Of a stretch of DNA of 6,614 bases, positions 1-5,640 are shown piece by piece. The DNA lies in UHGV virus genome UHGV-1349127; one strand, given 5' to 3'. The translations under genes were made by a program, and so were the position numbers. This DNA is from a virus. A model generated the notes under the pieces. That model was not told the DNA's origin, made no database searches, and saw only the letters and a list, made by a program, of their open reading frames with translations. The number at the start of each line of letters is the position of its first letter. Position 1 is the stretch's first letter.

Positions 1-606
1 AGACCAAGCCTGATGAACAACCTGATACACATCCATAGAAGACATATGAATAGGCATATTCCACAAAATAAGATGGTAATGAGGCAGTTTTGTATTACTG
101 CCATATTCAGCGGCGGCAAAATACCGAATTTTCTCATCATAACCATGGTCTCTAATAAGAATTTGACGCAAACGTTTAAGAAAATCTTGTACATGTTTTT
201 TATCTACACCGTCCGCGGGACGGTGTATGGGATTGTAAGTGAGGGTAATAAAATAGGGGACAGAACGGGACGACTGCGTTTCTGCAACAGCTCGAAACAT
301 CCATTCACGGGCGTTCCTCTTTCGACAAAGACCACATTTACGGCATGGAGTTGCCAAGAACATAGGTACGACGTCACCATCGCGGTCAATGGCATAAAAA
401 CTGTCTTGCCATGAAGCAAGGCCTTGAAAATCAATGTTTTTCGGCGAAAACAGGGCATACGGAAAGTTCCAACGCCATGCAGCGAGTTGCATTTCCGGTA
501 CAAAAGTTGCATTTCCATCATAAACATATTTTCCAGTTTGTAAAAGTGCATCCTTAAAAGCAGGATTTAAAATATATTTTGGTTTTTCACAAAGAATATT
601 TGTCAT
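1..606 (-). CDS. Replication initiation protein VP4 (rolling-circle HUH endonuclease), N-terminal 202 codons. Start ATG is the complement of 604-606. The ORF has no stop before window position 1 and appears to continue at 6614 if the molecule is circular.
   Basis: Hand translation of the minus strand gives MTNILCEKPKYILNP...ATPCRKCGLCRKRNAREW...SVPYFITLTYNP...EYGSNTKLPHYHLILWN...QAWS. This carries the microvirus VP4 hallmarks: N-terminal C-x2-P...NP, a CxxC zinc-finger-like PCxKCxxC, RCR motif I (FITLTY) and motif II (PHYHLIL). The start has an A-rich leader (AAAAATAAAAAACTATG). It is absent from the ORF track only because no stop falls inside the window. Confidence 0.85.
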   Translation of the reverse strand, partial: MTNILCEKPKYILNPAFKDALLQTGKYVYDGNATFVPEMQLAAWRWNFPYALFSPKNIDFQGLASWQDSFYAIDRDGDVVPMFLATPCRKCGLCRKRNAREWMFRAVAETQSSRSVPYFITLTYNPIHRPADGVDKKHVQDFLKRLRQILIRDHGYDEKIRYFAAAEYGSNTKLPHYHLILWNMPIHMSSMDVYQVVHQAWS

Positions 607-619
607 AGTTTTTTATTTT

Positions 620-775
620 TAATTTGGGCGTCCGGGCGGGCTATCCGCTCAAACAAATCGGCTTCGCCGATACTCGCTCCTATCCCTGACGCGCTTCACT
701 TCGTTACGCTATGCATTCCGGCGTCATCCGAGATGACAGAGCGGTGTTCGCGCTCCCGCGCTCACGAATTTCATA
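620..775. other. GC-rich structured island (~59 % GC against ~40 % for the genome) immediately upstream of the Rep start.
   Basis: Counted 88 G+C in the 150 nt at 621-770. It contains several short GC hairpins: ATCGGC-TTC-GCCGAT (657-671), GTCATC-CGA-GATGAC (723-737), and GAGCG-GTGTTCG-CGCTC (739-755). A 16-codon minus-strand uORF (MKFVSAGARTPLCHLG, 774->724) starts in the same AATTATG context used by three genes. Confidence 0.5.
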
Positions 776-800
776 ATTTCCTTTTATCTCTCAAGATGTG

Positions 801-808
801 CAAAGATA
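801..808 (-). promoter_or_regulatory. Weak candidate -7 promoter element TATCTTTG (TAnnTTTG) on minus strand, upstream of the GC-rich island and Rep.
   Basis: It matches the Bacteroidetes -7 consensus but has no convincing -33 TTTG at the expected spacing. It would give Rep a ~190-nt structured leader. Confidence 0.15.
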
Positions 809-844
809 AAGTGTAGGCTAAAATATCGTTTATCAACCTGAGCC

Positions 845-884
845 AAACTATGTTAAAGTCGCTGCGCTTGGTTTAACATAGTTT
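845..884. repeat. Perfect 13-bp inverted repeat AAACTATGTTAAA / TTTAACATAGTTT separated by a 14-nt GC-rich spacer (GTCGCTGCGCTTGG).
   Basis: Seen directly. Arms are 845-857 and 872-884, with 13/13 complementarity. Stems are AT-rich and the loop is GC-rich. No U-tract follows on either strand. It is intergenic, ~240 nt upstream of the Rep ATG on the coding strand. Confidence 0.6.
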
Positions 885-984
885 ACCACAGAACGCCAAA
901 CGCTATTTTTTCCTACGCATTGTTTTATTGCACGTCTCGAAAGAAAAAAGGAAAAATATGCTTTGATGTTTGCGATAGATAAGA

Positions 985-1025
985 GACAGAAAGAATAAGA
1001 ACGCAAACCGAAGTTGGGAACTTCG
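985..1025 (-). terminator. Candidate intrinsic terminator: hairpin CGAAGTT-CCC-AACTTCG (1025->1009 on minus), followed on minus by the U-rich GTTTGCGTTCTTATTCTTTCTGTCTCTT.
   Basis: A 7-bp perfect stem with a 3-nt loop is followed immediately on the coding strand by a T/pyrimidine-rich run. It lies downstream of the VP1-VP2-93aa block and upstream of the Rep regulatory region. Stem GC content is modest. Confidence 0.3.
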
Positions 1026-1059
1026 TAGGGCCGTAGCCTTATAACAGTTATTGGACAAG

Positions 1060-1076
1060 GGAGCGCAAGGCGCTCC
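1060..1076 (-). other. GC-rich hairpin GGAGCGC-AAG-GCGCTCC (7-bp stem, 3-nt loop).
   Basis: Perfect inverted repeat seen directly. It lies ~60 nt downstream (minus strand) of the 93-aa ORF stop. No U-tract follows immediately, so it is not a canonical terminator on its own. Confidence 0.5.
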
Positions 1077-1117
1077 ACATTCAGATCTATTCACACAAGC
1101 TGAGCAATGTGTCAGTT

Positions 1118-1137
1118 GTGCTAAATATATCAAGTTA
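1118..1137 (-). promoter_or_regulatory. Candidate Rep nick site / viral-strand origin. The minus strand reads TAACTTGATATATTTAGCAC.
   Basis: Compared with the phiX174 origin CAACTTG^ATATTAATAACAC it matches 15 of 20 positions. A contiguous 10-mer AACTTGATAT spans the phiX nick position (G^A). It occurs once in the window, on the coding (virion-sense) strand as in phiX174. It sits at the head of the long intergenic region. Confidence 0.35.
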
Positions 1138-1416
1138 GACAATGCTGGATGTTTCACCCAGTCCACAAGTTAACTGACAAAAGTCAGTGTAAGAGAATAC
1201 TGCACGAGTTGTGCGGCCACAGTATGCTGCATCGATAATGCCTACAAATAGATATGTAGATCGATATGTTTGCTGCATATGATCCGTAAAAGATACAGCT
1301 CTATCCGCTATTTCTAAACCTAAAGCATGATAAGTTGTATTACAAGGTATATCTGTAACTTTTATATACTCTTGTTTCTGCTTCCTAATGTTTAAATACT
1401 GTAAAAGAATGTCCAT
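1135..1416 (-). CDS. Hypothetical protein, 93 aa, downstream of VP2 (positional analogue of gokushovirus VP3).
   Basis: ATG start in the same AATTATG context as the VP1 and 103-aa starts. A sigma(ABfr)-like promoter match precedes it. Non-repetitive sequence with 4 Cys. No recognisable family. Its stop codon is embedded in the phiX174-ori-like motif. Confidence 0.35.
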   Translation of the reverse strand: MDILLQYLNIRKQKQEYIKVTDIPCNTTYHALGLEIADRAVSFTDHMQQTYRSTYLFVGIIDAAYCGRTTRAVFSYTDFCQLTCGLGETSSIV

Positions 1417-1462
1417 AATTGTAATGTTTTAAAGGTTAATAATTTTGTTTCTTTCAACACTA

Positions 1463-1494
1463 CAAAAATAGACATTCTTTGGGTATTCGCCAAA
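1463..1494 (-). promoter_or_regulatory. Candidate Bacteroidetes-type promoter. The -33 TTTG is the complement of 1491-1494. The -7 TATTTTTG is the complement of 1463-1470. Spacer is 20 nt.
   Basis: Minus-strand sequence reads ...CATTTGGCGAATACCCAAAGAATGTCTATTTTTGTAGTG... This fits the Bacteroides consensus (-33 TTTG, 19-21 nt spacer, -7 TAnnTTTG). It lies in the VP2 to 93-aa-ORF gap, ~45 nt upstream of the ATG at 1416. AT-rich DNA can produce such matches by chance. Confidence 0.3.
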
Positions 1495-1507
1495 TGTTTT
1501 GTATTAA

Positions 1508-2626
1508 TTAATCATAATAATCATACTCAACATATTTCCGAGTTCTATCTCTAGAAGTTGTCTCCTTACGCGTTTTAGGTTTACCGGAGTTACTTGCACG
1601 AGGGTTCGCAAAGGGAATGAAGGATGCAATGTCGCCTAAAATAGCATGAATCTGATTCATGGTACGTTCAAAATCATCCCAATTCATATCCTGCATAAGA
1701 TCGAAGCGGAGGCGGTCCGCTTCTGCGCTTACCTTATAGCCTAGGTCTTGATAGAATGAAGATATAGCCTGATTTCGTTTTTCCTCGGACTTCATAAGAG
1801 GCAATTTACCTGCAAGTTCTTGGAAAGCAATCTTTAGTTGTCCTTCAGACACTTTTAATTGACCTTGCATAACTTCAAGTTTGCCATGTTCAATAAAAGA
1901 ATCCAAAGCAACACGAACATGACGTTCCCAAATACGAGAATCAACGTCAGCAGCTTGAGAAATCAAAAGGTCAATTTCAGAATCTATCTTACTGATATTA
2001 GCATTGATCTGTTCAATCATACTACGAGCCTGTGAAGCCTGAGCATCATTAAGTTTAATTTTACTACCATTAACAAGAATAGTACTCTCCATAGTATCAA
2101 GCTGGCCTTGATTAAATGCGTCACGGAACGAAGCATCAGAGGCAAGAATGTCATTAGTATGTTTCTGACCTTCTGTTTCGGCAGTAGTCTTACCAACCTG
2201 GGCAGAAAGGGCAGTGTCAGCAAGAGCTTGAGAAGCAACACTTCCGAGAGGTTCATATCTATTCCATGCAGAAGTATCAGCAACAGGACCAGATGGAGTA
2301 TGTCCACCTTGTGCCTGAATAGAAGAACCTTGCAAAGATCCATTAGTAGAATATAAATCCGGATTAATGCCAGCAGCTTTCAAACGAGCTTGGACAGCAG
2401 CAGGAGTATTATACTCATTATTAGCCTGCCAAAGCTTGTAATTCCAATCATTCTGTGCTTCACGTTCAGAGGTTTGCCATTTACGAGTTTTCTCAGCTTC
2501 TTCACGCGCCGCCGCGAGCTGTTTTTCAACAGACTGATTCTGAGAACTAGCACCGAATAAATTAGAAATGCCGGAAAGTGCGCCACCAATGAGCGCACTA
2601 CCAGCACCTTGAAAGAATTTTCCCAT
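1508..2626 (-). CDS. Minor capsid / DNA pilot protein VP2, 372 aa.
   Basis: It sits immediately downstream of VP1, as in gokushovirus/alpavirus genomes. The N-terminus is Gly/Ala/Ser-rich (MGKFFQGAGSALIGGALSGISNLFGASSQ). This is followed by ...EKTRKWQTSEREAQNDWNYKLWQANNEYNTPAAVQARLKAAGINPDLY, which resembles the conserved VP2 segment (R-x-WQE-x-MSNTAYQR-x-V-x-DLK-x-AGLNP). The central region is a long Q/S/A-rich predicted coiled coil. Confidence 0.75.
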   Translation of the reverse strand: MGKFFQGAGSALIGGALSGISNLFGASSQNQSVEKQLAAAREEAEKTRKWQTSEREAQNDWNYKLWQANNEYNTPAAVQARLKAAGINPDLYSTNGSLQGSSIQAQGGHTPSGPVADTSAWNRYEPLGSVASQALADTALSAQVGKTTAETEGQKHTNDILASDASFRDAFNQGQLDTMESTILVNGSKIKLNDAQASQARSMIEQINANISKIDSEIDLLISQAADVDSRIWERHVRVALDSFIEHGKLEVMQGQLKVSEGQLKIAFQELAGKLPLMKSEEKRNQAISSFYQDLGYKVSAEADRLRFDLMQDMNWDDFERTMNQIHAILGDIASFIPFANPRASNSGKPKTRKETTSRDRTRKYVEYDYYD

Positions 2627-2937
2627 TATTGTAACTGCTTACGCTTTTCATTGTAGGCGGCTACAATCTTAGCGCGGGCATCACGTTGAGCATTCCAAAT
2701 ATCAGCAATATCCTGACCTCGACGATATTCAACAGGAACAATCCAAGACTCTTCATCCGTAAAGTCATTAGCGGGTAACTGTGAAATATTCTGAGAAGAA
2801 ATAGGTACACCAGCTTTAGCAGCTTCATACATTTGGGCGGGAGTGTAGGCAAGGTCACCACGTACGGGAAGTTCACCCGGCTTCCGAGTACATGTACACG
2901 TGTGTGTGTTCCAAGCATGAATTACAACTTGTTTCAT
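2626..2937 (-). CDS. Hypothetical protein, 103 aa, between VP1 and VP2.
   Basis: ATG lies 2 nt after the VP1 stop (TAATTATG). Its TAA stop overlaps the VP2 ATG by one base (TAATG). It fills the VP1-VP2 gap exactly with non-repetitive composition and a mixed-charge C-terminal tail (RDARAKIVAAYNEKRKQLQ). No recognisable family. Confidence 0.55.
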   Translation of the reverse strand: MKQVVIHAWNTHTCTCTRKPGELPVRGDLAYTPAQMYEAAKAGVPISSQNISQLPANDFTDEESWIVPVEYRRGQDIADIWNAQRDARAKIVAAYNEKRKQLQ

Positions 2938-2939
2938 AA

Positions 2940-5207
2940 TTATTCAATATGAGGTATAGAGTTACGAGGAATAGTAGTTTTCTTAGTAATATCAAAAGCA
3001 ATACTACCTAAAATCTTATCGCCATTTTCGGAAGTCATAGCAAATACATCATTAACATGATCGGGGTTCACAAGTAAGAAATCATTTGATAGTTCAGGAG
3101 CTTTATCGAATACACGATTGATAAGGAAGTTTCTCATAGAACCACGGAATTCACCATGTACTTCATCAAACGAAGCAATCAGATCCCAATATGCGCGCTG
3201 ATAACCAAATACATTATCAACGTGCTGAGGATTCACAGCATAGGCCTGATACGGACATAAGTGCTTATAAAGCATAGGTTGATAACTTATGTTATTGAAT
3301 TGTGGGAAATGCCAATCCAAAAGGTTCATGCGTGTGAAATGAGGAGGTAACAACTGTGAATAATTCGCAGCAGGTACAACAGACATAACACCAAGTATAT
3401 AACCGTCTTCCGGACAATACTTACGAATAACATGTCGCATACCAGACTGTAGAGAACCTTGGCCAGCAAAACTACCTAACGGATTACCCTCGGTAGGCGT
3501 AGTTTGAGTTACCTTATATACAGGGATAGTATCAGAAATACCACCAAGAAACTCAGGCATCATAAGTTCATCATAATCCAAATCAACATTAAAAAGACCT
3601 TTTGCAAGATTCTTATAACGCGGGGATTGACGAACGCGAATCTCAAGGAAACGCTGGAGTGAGTTAACGTTACGAATATCCGAGATAGATACACCAGAAG
3701 TAGCCATACCTATAAGATTTCGAACGACATCAGAAGGAGCATTAGAACTCTTAACTTGGAAACCTGTAACAGTATCTCCATCTTCGGCAGTCTCAAGTTG
3801 AGCATGATATTCAGTTCCAGCAGCATCACGGAATGTAGCTTCACCAAGAGAAGTAATACCTACGAGAGGAGCAATACCGGCTTGAGGAGACTGTAAGGCA
3901 GTAGTATAAGCGTCAGGCTCCCAATTAGCATAATGTAACTGATATTTATAAGTATCTCTACCACCTTTTACAGAAGGTACATAACGATTATATTCAGGTT
4001 TACCGTCTACAATAAACGGGTTATTACGAATATCACGACCAAAAGCATTGTAATATGCTTCGTATGCACGGAAAGGCAAAGCAGACAACGGAATAGCAGG
4101 AAGCTTGTCGGTAGCAGCGGTATAAAATGGACAGTTCGGGCCCGTGGGTTTCGTCCATTCAAAAGACCGATAAATAACAGAGATAGGAGAAGCATAGAGT
4201 TGAGAAATAAACTCTTGTGTAAGGCCTGCACGAATAGTTGTTGTAGAACCAAGTTCGTACAAAGAGTACATGTAAGGTTTCTGATAAAGTTCATTACGAA
4301 ACTCGAAGACCATGCACAGCTTAAAAGAAGTAAGACTCTTGCCTAAATCAACATTGAAAGTAAGGGTATCACCTTTTATATCAATCTCATTAAACTGAGC
4401 TGACCAAATCTTAGGAGCATTCTCATTTTCATAAATAGTAAAACCGACAATAGGCTTACTATCATAATCAGAAATCATTTGGCGTAAAAGAGCAAACCGA
4501 GTCAACGGAATTTGTAGAGTAACATTTTGTGTAGGCGTGTCATAACGAACACTGTAAGGAATAGCCATACAACGAGGCGCAGCGTAACCGTAAGAGCCTG
4601 TATTTGCAAAGTCCTGTACAAAAACATCTCTGAAATTAGCAGTAGAATTAAGAACGGTACTCAAAGTAGTAAAAGCAACACCACTTGTAACCGGAGAACC
4701 GACCAAAGGAGCTTTCAAGGCAGGTACATCAGACTTAAAATTGAACAAATCAGCAGTACGAGCAGCGATAACAGAACCGCCATAAGTACCAGTAATTGTC
4801 GTTGGTACACCAAGGTAATCAGCAAGAGTACCGGTTTGTAAGTCATCATCAACATTAAATTGTTTATGACCTTGCACAGTATCTTCAGCAGTAGGGTCCA
4901 TCCATGGAGGAGTCACAGTTTCATCTCCACCGAAGAAAGACATCCAATCTTCCCAAAGAGTACGAGTGCGGACATAAACAAAATGTAACCGTGCATAGAG
5001 TTGAGTCTGTATCGGGAATACAGTCGGAAGGAGTTGGAGATTAAAGCGCGCACTTATCTGAAATGAGTCACCAAACGATACCGGAAGCAAACACACGGGA
5101 GTAATAGCTCCGAACTTCATTGTAAGGTTATTCACAAACGAAAGGTCAAACGTAGAACGATTAACACGATCTACATATGCGTCTTTTTTACGAAATACAT
5201 TAGCCAT
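2940..5207 (-). CDS. Major capsid protein VP1 (Microviridae F-protein family), 755 aa.
   Basis: The N-terminal region MANVFRKKDAYVDRVNRSTFDLSFVNNLTMKFGAITPVCLLPVSFGDSFQISARFNLQLLPTVFPIQTQLYARLHFVYVRTRTLWEDWMSFFGG matches the conserved gokushovirus/alpavirus VP1 N-terminus (R-S-x-FDLS...G-x-L-x-P...V-x-PGDSF...R...P...P...L...FVP-R-LW-NW-x-F). It is the longest ORF in the window. Size 755 aa fits the Alpavirinae-type VP1 range (650-780 aa). ATG start with an A/T-rich leader. Confidence 0.93.
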   Translation of the reverse strand: MANVFRKKDAYVDRVNRSTFDLSFVNNLTMKFGAITPVCLLPVSFGDSFQISARFNLQLLPTVFPIQTQLYARLHFVYVRTRTLWEDWMSFFGGDETVTPPWMDPTAEDTVQGHKQFNVDDDLQTGTLADYLGVPTTITGTYGGSVIAARTADLFNFKSDVPALKAPLVGSPVTSGVAFTTLSTVLNSTANFRDVFVQDFANTGSYGYAAPRCMAIPYSVRYDTPTQNVTLQIPLTRFALLRQMISDYDSKPIVGFTIYENENAPKIWSAQFNEIDIKGDTLTFNVDLGKSLTSFKLCMVFEFRNELYQKPYMYSLYELGSTTTIRAGLTQEFISQLYASPISVIYRSFEWTKPTGPNCPFYTAATDKLPAIPLSALPFRAYEAYYNAFGRDIRNNPFIVDGKPEYNRYVPSVKGGRDTYKYQLHYANWEPDAYTTALQSPQAGIAPLVGITSLGEATFRDAAGTEYHAQLETAEDGDTVTGFQVKSSNAPSDVVRNLIGMATSGVSISDIRNVNSLQRFLEIRVRQSPRYKNLAKGLFNVDLDYDELMMPEFLGGISDTIPVYKVTQTTPTEGNPLGSFAGQGSLQSGMRHVIRKYCPEDGYILGVMSVVPAANYSQLLPPHFTRMNLLDWHFPQFNNISYQPMLYKHLCPYQAYAVNPQHVDNVFGYQRAYWDLIASFDEVHGEFRGSMRNFLINRVFDKAPELSNDFLLVNPDHVNDVFAMTSENGDKILGSIAFDITKKTTIPRNSIPHIE

Positions 5208-5209
5208 AA

Positions 5210-5410
5210 TTAAAATTTTACATTAATATCAGAAGTTTTCAAAGTATCCACACGCGTAGTAGTAGACTGTTGCGTGCCTTGAGAAGAATTCTGGTTTTTC
5301 CAGAATAAGGACATAGATGCTGTGCAACTATCCAAAAGAATAGCCGCGGCTACTCCCAAAATGAAAGTAGTCGCGTGCTCAATGATTTTATAAATCTGCT
5401 GTTTAGTCAT
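5210..5410 (-). CDS. Small membrane or secreted protein, 66 aa from ATG at 5410. The ORF track's 70-aa version starts at a TTG at 5422. Sequence: MTKQQIYKIIEHATTFILGVAAAILLDSCTASMSLFWKNQNSSQGTQQSTTTRVDTLKTSDINVKF.
   Basis: N-terminus has a basic n-region (MTKQQIYKIIEH), then a ~16-residue hydrophobic core (ATTFILGVAAAILLDS) followed directly by Cys, then a polar S/T/Q-rich tail. This is a signal-peptide or lipoprotein-like (L-D-S-C) or N-terminal anchor architecture. Its start overlaps the stop of the upstream 74-aa ORF (ATGACTAA). Its stop is 2 nt before the VP1 ATG (TAATTATG). Confidence 0.4.
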   Translation of the reverse strand: MTKQQIYKIIEHATTFILGVAAAILLDSCTASMSLFWKNQNSSQGTQQSTTTRVDTLKTSDINVKF

Positions 5411-5627
5411 CTTCCGGTTCAATTAGATACTGTTCATACATACCATCAGGAAGCTGGCGATCGGTAACAATCAACTGCATAGCAGCAGAGAGAGGAATGT
5501 GTTCACGAACTGTAACAACAGTCGGCATCTCTTCCTGAGCAGACAGGAATTTGCGAGTTGTAAAAGTAACACGGGGTTCATTGTCTTGTGCTGTAACCGA
5601 ACAGCAATCTACATTTAATTTTACCAT
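5403..5627 (-). CDS. Hypothetical small acidic protein, 74 aa. C-terminus is EPEDD.
   Basis: ATG start. Its stop overlaps the start of the next ORF (ATGACTAA, overlapping ATG and TAA in different frames), which implies translational coupling. It occupies the position of gokushovirus small proteins (VP5/VP8/VP3) between Rep and VP1. No recognisable motifs. Confidence 0.4.
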   Translation of the reverse strand: MVKLNVDCCSVTAQDNEPRVTFTTRKFLSAQEEMPTVVTVREHIPLSAAMQLIVTDRQLPDGMYEQYLIEPEDD

Positions 5628-5640
5628 AACGTAAAAGTTT

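Noticed and set aside
13-414. 133-aa plus-strand ORF
   Set aside because: It lies antisense to the well-supported Rep N-terminal coding region (CxxC, motifs I and II). It has no recognisable features. This is the typical long antisense ORF opposite a real gene.
204-551. 115-aa minus-strand ORF
   Set aside because: It is an alternate frame inside Rep. The Rep frame carries the conserved motifs, while this frame does not.
690-770. Possible tRNA or tRNA-like element in the GC-rich island
   Set aside because: A T-arm-like hairpin (GAGCG-GTGTTCG-CGCTC) is present. The loop does not fit TTCRANY, and no matching acceptor stem, D-arm or CCA context could be built on either strand.
848-1166. 76-aa and 87-aa minus-strand ORFs in the long intergenic region
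   Set aside because: They are low-complexity and overlap each other and the hairpins/inverted repeat. They have no coupling to neighbours and span a compositionally heterogeneous non-coding region. They are most likely spurious.
1463-1470. Further TAnnTTTG -7-like matches at 5742-5749 and 801-808 (minus strand)
   Set aside because: Both lack a properly spaced -33 TTTG. The one at 5742-5749 lies inside the 59-aa ORF. Single 8-mer matches of this AT-rich consensus are expected by chance. I kept 801-808 only as a low-confidence note.
2108-2356. 82-aa plus-strand ORF
   Set aside because: Antisense to VP2, S/R-rich low-complexity translation.
4527-4841. 104-aa plus-strand ORF
   Set aside because: Antisense to VP1, S/T/R-rich low complexity.
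5420-5422. Start of the 70-aa ORF as given in the ORF track
   Set aside because: The codon at this position is TTG, not ATG. The in-frame ATG at 5410 gives a 66-aa protein with a normal-length signal-peptide n-region and an ATGACTAA coupling overlap with the upstream ORF. I annotated the ATG start instead.
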